Assembly: GCA_977030845.1 (NCBI GenBank)
Contig: OZ365114.1
Location: 15,686,001-15,750,000 of the forward strand
Direction: 5' to 3'
DNA from: Fimbriosthenelais zetlandica
Taxonomy: Eukaryota
Length of the DNA: 64,000 nucleotides
In this document: in pieces, positions 1 through 11,175 of the stretch
Layout: each line of letters opens with the position of its first letter
How positions within the stretch are numbered: position 1 is the stretch's first letter
The notes under the pieces: generated by a model
Told to the model about the DNA's origin: nothing
Databases searched by the model: none
Seen by the model: the letters and a program-made list of their open reading frames with translations, nothing else
Position numbers and translations under genes: made by a program

Positions 1-19
1 TGTTCTACAGTAAAGTAAC

Positions 20-81
20 TGGTCAGTGACCAACCCAGCATGTCTATTATAATAGTTGGTCGCATATGTGCCACTAGTGGC
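20..81. repeat. Cluster of three short palindromes
   Basis: TGGTCA-G-TGACCA (20-32), CTATTATAATAG (44-55) and GCCACTAGTGGC (70-81). GACCAAC (28-34) is also complementary to GTTGGTC (55-61). Confidence 0.85.
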
Positions 82-485
82 GCCTTGTAGTTATGTCATG
101 GGAAGGGAAACAAAGGGAGGCTTTGTTTAGTGTCGGTGGGGAGAGGGGTGTCTGAGACTGACCCATGGCGAGTCGGCTTTCTTGGGATGCGGGATTGGTC
201 TTAAATGATAATTATGCTTGAATGTGAAAAATATATGTGACAAATAATTATCATACGTCACTTATATCTACCGACGCATATAATGCTAGATATTAATAAT
301 GATTAATAGAGATGATAATATGTAAGCGCGACAATATATTCCCTAGAGCTTTATAATTGACAAGAAACATTTGTATGAACTCTGTATTGTGATGTCTATG
401 TTTGGTGTGGTTTCATTGTGATTGTAAAATCTGTCTCTCATGAAATTGTAAATAAAAGTGAAATGCAATTGAATCCTTGCCTTTT

Positions 486-499
486 ATTTATATATAAAT
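486..499. repeat. 14-bp perfect AT palindrome inside an AT-rich tract (~200-560)
   Basis: ATTTATATATAAAT equals its own reverse complement. Confidence 0.85.
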
Positions 500-624
500 G
501 AAAGGAATAATTCTGGTTAATAATTTATGATTAAGCATAATAAAGCATAAAGAGCATTAATTAACAATGGGGTGTACGTTCCTGTACCCCCACCCCCGCG
601 TCTATATTACATAACAGTCTGTGT

Positions 625-663
625 TGTGATTGGTCAGTGAAGATTAGCCACTGTCCAATCACA
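625..663. repeat. 15-bp inverted repeat carrying an inverted CCAAT-box pair
   Basis: TGTGATTGGTCAGTG (625-639) vs CACTGTCCAATCACA (649-663): 14/15 complementary, 9-nt loop. ATTGG at 629-633, CCAAT at 655-659. Confidence 0.85.
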
Positions 664-1043
664 TGCTATTAGGCGGCCGCGCTCAAGAGCGCGCTCATTT
701 GCGGCACTGGTGCGCGTCAGACATCAAAGGGGATGGGGGGAAGGTGTGAGGTGTGATGTTAGGCCCACCGCGCTACGAGCGCGGAGTGTGTAGAAACATG
801 GACGCGCTTTTTTCAGTGCGGCTTGAGCGCGCACATGTTGCTGCAAAACGTGTTGACAAGTCGCTGGTGAGGGAAGTTTCAATTCGCGCAAAATGTTGTG
901 CTTACCAATCGGCAAAGTGAAACGTATGTGTCGATCGGGAAATAGGGTCCAGGGGTTGGGGGAAGGGGGCTGTTGACTGCCTTTTTGTGGGATGGGAGAC
1001 TAATCCCCTCCGGCTCTGTGGGAAATCTTTATTAGATATATAA
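625..1043 (+). promoter_or_regulatory. CpG-rich Pol II promoter-like module
   Basis: CCAAT/ATTGG boxes (629, 655, 905), TCF/LEF-type ACATCAAAG (721-729), E2F-like TTCGCGCAAAA (883-893), G-rich tract (~951-969), TATATAA (1037-1043), locally high CpG. No downstream ORF found. Confidence 0.3.
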
Positions 1044-1384
1044 TCTCAGGGAGGCTGTCTGAGGTCCCTTTCATACCACATCTCGCCAAGCCCAAATTAA
1101 TGAACCTTACTAAATATAGATGCCTGTCAATGTTCTCTACTTATGTTAATAGCTGAACTAAAGTAAAGATTTGTCTTCAAAGAAACCTTTACGATTTTGC
1201 AATATACAAAAAGGGTTTTATTTAATCCCTTTCTAAATTCTTAAGCCCCTACATCGTAATTATCTCCCTATCAGTATTCTTATAGTGATAATGTTCATCA
1301 GAACCAAGATTTAGATGACATTTCTCAAAGTTATTATGTTTTACACTCTTAATATGTTCATCAGCATGACTTAAATAACATCTG

Positions 1385-1406
1385 TACTCCCTCGTTTTGT
1401 AAAATA
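1385..1406 (+). mobile_element. Orphan Stowaway-MITE-like terminal sequence
   Basis: TA-CTCCCTCGTTTTGTAAAATA resembles the plant Stowaway end (TA-CTCCCTCCGT). No matching right TIR seen nearby. Confidence 0.15.
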
Positions 1407-4159
1407 TTGCCGACCCTAACCAAATTGCATTGCATTCAAGGCAAATGCTCTCTTAGGAGCATTAATAAAAGTGTTCAGCATTCATATCTGTGTACATTTA
1501 TTGGAGTCAATGAATGGCGACTCAAAATAATTTCCAAAGATTTACCGACATTCACCATTTACCAAGCTTAGGGACAGAGTCTATTCCCTTCTTCCATACG
1601 TCACCCTTGAAGTGCTCATTCTTCACCGCATATTTCTTCCTCTCCATAGCAACTGTGACAAGTAAAAGAAACTGTTGATGGAGGTGTAGCCCTGTCGTTT
1701 CAGGCTGATTTAATGACTGTATTAGCCATTCTTCAAGGAAAGACATTTTAACAGAGTCCTTCACACTTTTTAGTGGCTTCGGTGCAAGCAGCTGCATGAT
1801 CCGGCGATGCATTTTCTTATCAATAGATTTAACTATTACGGCTGTGGTAAATCAAATGTTCCATCTCAGTTGCGCAGACGGTTATATTATGCGGGCTTAA
1901 ATTATGTCTTTATGCCATGTGTTTTTTCTTCCATACTGCCGTTTAATGCAGTAAAATGTGACGGCAATGATATATGGTTCGCAGAAACATGATTATTGAA
2001 TTTCCCAACAATAAATGAGGGTTTTAATTTGGGTAATACTGGTTTCTCGACATTAAATCATTTGGCATTCAAGGGAAATTTGGCCCTGTGTCAGTTAAAC
2101 ATTTCCCTGGCTATTGCAATTAATTCAGAGTGACATGAAGACCACGTAATTATCTGTTTTTCGCTTGCATTCTCATCTTTCAATTTGCAGCTTCAAATGA
2201 AGCACTTAAAGACAATGCATAAGAAATCATCAATGCATTCACATGACTTATGATGACGCATTTCGCCCAATTGTGTGTTTATGATAAGGATTAAATGTAT
2301 TTTCTTCTCATAACAATCCACATCAAATTAGGATAATAACTACTTGTGTATTATACGTTAAAAATGTATAGATTGTGTACAAAGATCGAGATAACAGAAT
2401 GTGAAAATACTGCGACGTTCCACAAACTGTGCTTTAGTTTTTCAGTTCTGTAGCTTAACTGTATGGTAAAATGTCCCTATGAGTAGGTATGAGTTATTGC
2501 AATCCTATCTCGTCGCGTTATAATCAATATCACTAACTTTATATATACATACATCAGAGAGAAATCGTGTGCATGATATAACAGCAACAAAATATGACAC
2601 CGAACTAGTTATCGATGACTCTCACTTATATTTCAGTAGCCATTTAATCTTTAGCGTTGATTCATTGCCCCGACCCATTGACCTGCTACTCTGTCCTAAC
2701 ACACTAATATTCATATGTCAATACATTACCTGAGCCTGCCACTGTGTTAAATTATTCATTGTCACAAACACCTTGTCCTAAATGGTATGGCATATTTTAG
2801 CTTAGTGGGGAACCCGGAGCTTTCCCATCCATATACAAAATCCATAATGTACAGAAACACCTGCGCTCTCTCTATTATTGTGACATCATAAACTTATCTC
2901 ATCAAAATACTATTTTATCATTTCACATTTAAACAGAACAGCTGCTTATATAATAACAATTCTTCCTGTTTGATGTCAATCGACTATAAAAGGGGCAATA
3001 CTGCCTTTTATATTACAGTTATGGGCATGTAATTGCATCGCCCTACCTTGCGTTATATAGTATTATATTTAGTCATAATACCTTCCGAATCGATATATAA
3101 TGTTTATATTCAATGCATTAACAATCTACGTAATTGTAACCATCCTTTTAACTAATAGCATTAACGATTTTCATTAATACATAGAATGGTTGCATTGGAA
3201 ATGGTTAAGTGAGTGGGGAGGCATGTGTTTTGCATGGCTTGTCCCATCAGGGAGCCGTTCACTGCCTTGTCAGTAGGCCTTACGAAGCATGACATATAAT
3301 TGAATGTGCTAGTAGCGTCACTGGCCTGTCATTTAGTGATGGATTGGACTCAAGGCTTGACAATGTTCACACCCGTTATTTATAAAGTGGGACCAAAGGG
3401 GCTGTTGATCAAAAAATGTATTTCAGCATTTTATTTTTACTCAATTGGAGAATTATTTTATTCTAATAATACACACGAACGGAAACCTTGCCAGTCCTAA
3501 AAATGTATACATATCTAAAATAAAAACATTATTGAGGGATCAATTGAGTAGATAAGTAACATTATACTTGTTGTATAAATGATATTCAAATGAGACGTTG
3601 GGCAATAGGGTGTCGTGTATCTCGTTATGCATGTCTTATATTAGGGATACCTGAATGCATTCTGTATGCAACGCCCCCAGTAAAGGGCCCTGTCGCAAAC
3701 AAGATGGGCGTTAAATGGAGGGGGATCACTCATCTTTCATGTTGTACTTAGCGTCAGTAACTGATCCTATTCATCACAATCTGAACTGACATTATCCACA
3801 TCACTTACAATCTCTGCTTACACCTTGACACCCATCTCACAACATACCAATTTCTCTGTTACAACGCACATTTGCTATACATTTTTTACTGTATGCTAAT
3901 GGTTTCGTGAAGGAAGGAAATGGTAGATTTATATGTTTTTATTTAATCATTTTGCAGTTGAAATTACCATAATATCGCGACACTCAATTTTTTTTTTATA
4001 TAAATAAAATCTATTACCGTAGATTGTCTAACGGTTTTTATGGATATTCGGTTTTAGAAGTACAACTCTGTCATTTAAGCGGCATTCCATGTCAAATCGA
4101 TAGCTAATATGAGGATATATGAAGCCAATGAACCTTTCGTGAATGACAAGCTATCAGAA

Positions 4160-4288
4160 AGGATTGTGATAGAAATTAAATATATGAATGTCAAATTTGA
4201 CTCTCTGGGATAAATACGACACTTGTCTCTTTGCAAGGCATTTAAGTTGAAACCCTCAGAGTCGCTATAGTCAGTTGGATATTTTTTT
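4160..4288 (+). pseudogene. Possible decayed protein-primed family B DNA polymerase fragment (Polinton/Maverick-like)
   Basis: One frame with two stops reads RIVIEIKYMNVKFDSLG*IRHLSLCKAFKLKPSESL*SVGYFF, recalling the pPolB segment F-I-D-S-L...L-P-K-A-F-G-L...K-G-Y-F-P. Recalled motif, no search run. Confidence 0.3.
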
Positions 4289-7200
4289 GAAAAGGAAATA
4301 CTTGAACATATACTTTTCCCATGGCCCTTCACCATTGAAAGGAAAATATAATATGAGAGCCAACTGGGAAAAGACACGTTCATGGATTCTCTTTCAAGCA
4401 GGAGATCAAGCAATGACCTTCATGGGACGTTTGCCTTCAAAACTTAGGGCAATTTCCCCCGTAACTTTGGTCACATATTGAGTCTGCCAAGCGGGGGTTA
4501 ATGGGGTGCCATTTCTACCAGCCCATATAGAATTGATAAAAACACGTTTAGGCTGTAAAGGAAAACAATGGCGACAATAATGGGATGGGCGTCCCTATAC
4601 TAAATCATTCAGTAGGCACTCAGAGAAGCCTGGTTAAACTATTGGCTCTCAGTCCCACACCATGATCTCCCAATAGTTAAATATTTAAAGATGCCGGATC
4701 TACTGAGATATTTCCTTAGTGTATCCTATCCACATAGGGGTCATATCATAAAAGTGTCCAACGATACAATGTTGTCCGTAACGACCCTAGCTGGATTTGC
4801 TTGGATATAAATTAATTGCGTAAAGCTAAGCTCATATTGAGGTGCCAGTCCATCTCATTATTGGAAATCTGATAGTTCTGCGAAGTTTGTGACATGTCTC
4901 TTAACATCTGACCTGCTCGATTCTGAGCAGATTTGAGCAGTTTGGGGATTCGAATGACATACATTAGAATGCATTACGTGCATATCGACTATCGTAGCAC
5001 ATCATTGTTCTGAAACGGGTCCTTTCTGAGGAAAAGTTTGAACTCATAAGAACAAAACATTCCCAGTTCTACAAGTATTCATGTAGCTATCCTCTCTTTA
5101 GTATCTTGTTTCTATGCAGTTTTAGTCACAAATGAAGAAAGGGGATGAAAACCTAAACGAAGTCTGATGGTAAATTTACTCCTTTATGAATTGACAGATG
5201 TATCCTTATAATTTCTGCACTGCTTCAGAGAAATTTGAGAACTACCTCAGAAGAAAGAATTCACTTGTTTGAACATAAAATACTACTCTTAAGTACTAGT
5301 GATCGTACAACATAAGCTAATATTGTATGCCAATTAGTGAATTAACGGCTTTGTGGTCGAACCTAGCTTTAATTTTGATATCATTAGTTCTCACAAATTT
5401 GAAATGCTTGATATTTTGGCTAATAACACATAGCTTATAGCGAGGGAACGTGCCTTGGCACTATGTAAGCATGAGAATGTGGACGAAGAGAGACTGACAA
5501 GTTTTTTCATCAACCATATTTGGTGGGAAAACACAACTGAGAATGTAGTCAATCGCCCTATGAAAAGTGGTGGTGTTCAAGATGTTATAGTCTTGGTAGG
5601 TCTGCTGGCCCCAGGCACACATTAGCACGCCTAATCAGAGTGCTACACAATGGCCAGAGAAATGATCCTGAGGGCCCAGCAAGCCAGAGCCCCCGAGAGG
5701 AAATTAAGCTTGGAAGAGATTGTTGAAACCAGGCCGTGTTTTCCAAGCTGGCGCCGATGGAGTTTGTGCTGGAGGCAGTGTTCTATACCTGCTGCTGGTA
5801 CAGAGGCAGAGGTCCAAAATGGATGCCAGTTATGACTTCTTTATCCTGGCTGTTACCATGATTGTGATCAGAGCAATTATCGTGCCTGACTGGTTTGGAT
5901 GATGCATTGTCTTGCTGCATGAGGTTTAGACATACCAATTATAGGACATACATGAACCTGTGTTTATATTTTAAAATTCATCCTGAAGTATCCTTGAAAT
6001 AGTAGATATGTATGTACATCATTGAAACTAAGATGGGATGGGTCCGTAGCGCTCCTTCCAGAAACAACCACTGGTGCGATTCTATGATTCCAATGGCATT
6101 CGTAGATATGGCTGCACTTGGAGGGGGCGGGGGTTGGAGTATGGAATTGATTTTGTCCTCTAGTCTTGTAGTCTTGGCTTGGCTGTTCGGACTGTAGGCA
6201 AGCTATGATGAGATTACGAGAGTCCTATAGCTATAGTCCTACAGCTTTTCCACTGGTTTGATGCCACACTCCTCTAGTTCAGAACAAAAGCCACAGACAT
6301 GTCTGCCTTGCGAGATATCTCTGTCATACACAAAAATTATTGTTACTCATATAAAAGAAAGGACATAGATCCTTCAGAAGTAGGCTAAATATAGAATTGT
6401 TTGCTTATGGCATTTGATTCAAAGAATGCCACTGCATTATAATATTATATTCAGATATTCATTTGCCTTATTGAACCTTCTATGCCAAATAATGGAAATG
6501 GCAAAGAGAGAAAGCAGCAAATTGCTATTGGTACCCAGTTGATATATCATTTCACAACTTTTCAATTAGGCCATTATACCCTGGGTAATGGTCGAGTTTG
6601 GTCATGCAAATCTGATACTTGTTCTTTCTTCACCAACTGATGCATTTCATTCAATGATTGATGTTGCTCTTTTCTATACCCAACTGTGATATGTATGTTA
6701 TTTTCATATCAAGTATGGCATCACTAAGTATCCGGTCGAGCCTGTTCGATCAATTTGTAATATCATCGCCAATATAGGCAATTAGGAGGCGGGGAAAATA
6801 TAATGGATGAAACAAGGAGTCGTATATCACTGTTCATAACTTTCCATTACGCTAGTTTTAAAAGTGGTAAGATATTGCATTGGATGTCTAAATGACTGGC
6901 CACAACTATGGCTAGTTTTATAGACTCGTTTGTTTTAAGCCATCCGGAGCCCTTTTCAAACTAAAAATTACTCATAGAATAGCCAATAGTTGTTCTAAAT
7001 TTCCCATAGACTTGCTACTTGTTGTTCTGAAACAGGCCACTTTGCCTAGCAATTGGATTTGGGATTGAATATAAATAATTATAAGGACATTAAGGTCCAA
7101 ATGTCAACTGACCATCAGATTGCCCATTTCAGTTTTCAAGTTAGAATGTTGGCATGCAGCCTGATTTTAGGCTTTCATCATGTACAATTGTGAGCAAGCA

Positions 7201-9318
7201 GTTTGTAAGACAATTAAATTATCGGCTGAGTGTTTGCCAGCCTTAAGAGTGGATCATTCTCATTCACATGCTCTATATGGGTTCTGAGAAAGAAGTGGAC
7301 GAGGAGATGGATTGGTGTTTGAAAGCCCCAGTGCAGTCAGCCATCAGGGCAAGCCCAGCTTCGCTCCAGGCAAAATGTTAGGATCTGATGGAAGCAGTGT
7401 TCAAACAGGCTTCACCAGCCACTGTCAGGTCCTTTGATAAAAAAAATGTCCACCGAGAATTGAAATGCAACGTATTATAACCTAGTCTTGGATCGAAGAT
7501 TCTTGAGGAATTAAAGCTGGAAAATTTATATTGCTTTCTAATTATATACCTGTCAAAAAAATTGCATTTCAGTTATAATCAAGATTGTTGTACTGTAATT
7601 AATATTGAAGCCAGTGGAAGGGCGACTGTTTGATACTTGATGAATTGCTCATTGAAAGTTACACAACTTTTTGGAGTTAAAAAAAAACAAAAAAAGCTCA
7701 GTAATATCCCGATGATGGAATATAGCATGCATAATTTGTTGACCATCGAATGAATGGCTGTGCAGGAATTCATTAACTTACGACCGGAAATTTTTGACTT
7801 TTCAATTACTGTACAAAAAGAATCGCACAAATGAAGACAATGATTTAAATATGATTTCAAAAAGTGGGCAATCAAAATTTAAAATTGCCGTTTTCGGGAT
7901 TTCATTACGAGCCTGGGACAATGGTGGCACTGTATTGTTTTTCATATCAGCCGGATGTAAATCCCTCATTCCGATTAGATAATGATCACCACTTAAATGC
8001 ACACATCTGCCTAACATTACAGAAAAAAACTAATTGTTGCATGCAACAGTACTGCCATTGCCAATTCATATGTTTGTGCAGTTTCATGTATAGGCCTACA
8101 TAGCGTCTAGCCTCTAGGTTATTTGTCTAGGCTCTTTGAAGCTACTGCGTTTAGAATTGATGATTTTTAAATGCAGGTAAATTGAAATGGGAGAATCAAA
8201 AAGTAGTCAGTTTTAGACATTATGGAATTTGAACCCCCACTTTAAAATTACATGGCTGGCATTCATATTTATGGAAGCAAGCCGCCTGTATTATGAATAT
8301 GTATTGCATGCGTTGGGAAGTGTTGCTGCAAGGCATTTCAATGAGAGTCTATGGGCCTGCTGCTGCTCTCTGGCTTGGCCATTAGAACTATTCATCACAA
8401 GACAGATTGAAATCCAAACAGCCCAAGCTCGTCCATCATGGGTCGAGCTATAGATGGAGCCATGGATCCCACACTATAGAATTAACTTGCGTCACCCTAA
8501 AACTACAGTTGCGCAGATTGTCCCTCCCTTTGTTAGATTTAACTAGATGATTTATAATGGATTAACTCTTACTTTTTCTACCATCACAATACCGAGTTAC
8601 TGCTAATCAAATACAGATAGGTATGTCCTACAACTGTCCTATAACATACCTCTGTGTAGTTACAAATACAATATAATTATACAATATATCTGCAGTTGCT
8701 TTAGGTGCATTTCACCTGCAGGCATGAGATGGAAAGCCTATAAATAATCCTATGGATTTCCTGATGGATGGAAATGGCAGGCGTCTCATAAAGTTGACTG
8801 GCATTTGCCCCGACTTCCGTCTACCTAACAGAATCATTATTAGGAGTCAAGAGAGGAAGGTTGTTTTGTGGGCTTCTAAAGTTTCCTCTTATTCAGACTC
8901 GTTGATTATTAGGAAATAATTAGGATTCTGATTAGGGATACAATATGACAAGTAGAAAAGACATGGATGGTTTTACAAGGGGCTCATCTCATGAAAACGA
9001 TGCATTAAGATAGCCTGCTAGACTACTGCTGGATGTTGCAAGCACATCTTTGACATTATGAGACAAGTCCCCGGTGGTGTTCCGAGCGAGGGCTGGCTTA
9101 ACATTAGACTAATATGAAGATTTGAATAGGAGGCAGAGGCAAAGGAAACCTTCGTGCCAGATTTCATTTTAGGAAAACGACCATGATCATGTGGTTTTCT
9201 TTCTCTTGATGAAGTTTCCATGTTGGCGATTCAGATGTTCCTGAGATAGATAGTCTCGAACAGGATGCCGTGCCAAAAAAGCTTAATCATTAATCAGTCG
9301 TCTCTCTTTTTTTTGCAG

Positions 9319-9375
9319 ATGTAGCCCATCCATTGCTGATTACTGGGGGTGAGAAAACCCCTGCCTACTTGGAAG
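9319..9375 (+). CDS. Candidate 57-nt internal exon (phase 1 to 1), unknown product
   Basis: Acceptor TCTCTCTTTTTTTTGCAG, donor AAG|GTAAGT. Only the phase-1 frame is open: xVAHPLLITGGEKTPAYLE. Confidence 0.35.
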
Positions 9376-11056
9376 GTAAGTCATAACACCTGCTCACCTG
9401 GACCAGGTAAAAAACAAGGCCAATTTTCTCTTCCATGTCTGATATTCATTCATATAGAACCATCACCATTTCCACTACGACTATACTACCAACACTATAC
9501 CCAGCACAGATAATTCTTCATCGTGAAAAAAAATATATCCACATAACACCAAAACAAAGCATTTTCCAGACCAATATTTTACACTCAGCATGTCTTCCAC
9601 TGAGCATGGAAATTCGTCTGCTGAGTAATATACACTTAGTCAAGAGAGACGTCCATAATCAGAAAATATGGATTATGTTTCGTGAGAATTAACCTAAAAG
9701 AATTTCGGCAGATTGTCATTAGTTTTCCTATATGGATGCCCGACTGACACATTTTGGCAACAGTGGAAGACTTTTTTTTAATCATTACATTAAGATAAAA
9801 CACTACAGGGCATTACACAAGCAATAGGGACCTCTGAGGAAAGGTCAATTTCAATGTGAGAATGTTCTGTATTTGTGTGGGCATGCTAGGTTGATGTTTT
9901 CTCAATCTGTAAGCCCATCACGTGAGAAACCGGTGAAGCCTGAATCAAGGTAAGTTCATAAACCAGTGTCCCTGTCCTAAATCTATGGCTCCAAGTTTCT
10001 ATTGTACAAAATATCTAATCAAAGATTCTATTTGGAAAATCTACTCGATGACCTACTTATTTTTACACTTGATTACACAAGTTTTGGCCAACTTATGTAA
10101 TCAAGTAATAATTATACTATCAATAGTTTTCTTCCATTCCTATATTCAGTAATGGAAATATATCGATTCACTTTCATATTATAAATCCTTAGTGAAATAA
10201 CTTTTGCCTGTGCTGACATCAAAACTAGCAAGTGCATGATCAGCATAGCGAATGGGAAAGATATTGATCAAGAAAAATGCGTGGAAATTTGCTTGAATCA
10301 AAAATGGCACCAGAGTGAATATAGATGGCTGTTGCTAGATATGGGCTTTTACTTCCCTATATGGTTGAGATTAAGATGGAAACCATGGCCCTCTCTCTCA
10401 TGCCTTGAATTCATAAACTATGAAGTAGGATAAATGAGGCAGTGGTTAAACAGGACTCTTCCATAATGGTTTCGTTAAAAAGGCTTCAAAGCAAGAACCC
10501 TGTCCCGTGGAAGGAGTCATAGAGTCTTCTTCAAGTTAGCAAGCGACAGGGAAGATATTGGCTCCAAACGGTAAAGCGATTAAAGGGAGGCAGACATGCA
10601 AAAGTCAGCATTAATTGAAGATTTCATACTCATCTTATAGATAAGGCTGGGCTGAAGTTAAGAAAAAATGGTAGGAGAGGCTCGTGGAGTTTGATTGTGG
10701 CCAGTCGTATGATCCTCTGATAATGAGATCAAGCCACGCGAGTCTTAATCAGTCCTTGCCATGTTCAATCCTCAGCCGACATGCAATAATTTCCTCTGAT
10801 CGCTCAGCCATAAAAGATGCCTTAAACGACAAAACGGAACAGACCTGGTGAGATGAAAATATTAGGCTTTTAACTCCCTCCGAACGGAGCATGTGCTGCA
10901 ACGAAGCAGCCCGCGTGCCAGATTGATCGCTTCATTGTAACTTTTCTAATGCCATCAATAACTGCTCAGAGGCTGAATGAAGAGAGAAAGAGAATGGATG
11001 GAGAGAAAGGGAGGAAGAAAGCAGGGCGAGAGAAAAGTCAAATTTGAATTTAATCC

Positions 11057-11175
11057 ATGAATATTCATTAGAGCAAAACTGGGATATCAAATGGTGGGTG
11101 AATGTAAAAGCTTTTAGTAAGAAGTACTCATTAAGTTTCACTCAGATCAATTTGTAATTAATTGACGTCAGGTCA
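11057..11175. promoter_or_regulatory. Enhancer-like motif cluster
   Basis: POU-type palindrome ATGAATATTCAT (11057-11068), TAATTAATT (11155-11163), perfect CRE TGACGTCA (11163-11170) overlapping AGGTCA (11170-11175). Confidence 0.2.

Noticed and set aside
602-610. CRESS-virus nonanucleotide origin
   Set aside because: CTATATTAC does not fit NANTATTAC, has no flanking stem, and no Rep ORF is present.
687-696. AAV Rep-binding element
   Set aside because: Only GAGCGCGC is present; no (GAGC)3 run, long ITR stem or rep/cap ORFs.
9914-9949. Additional exon ending at AAG|GTAAGT (9950)
   Set aside because: Weak acceptor; only the phase-2 frame is open, which is incompatible with exon A.
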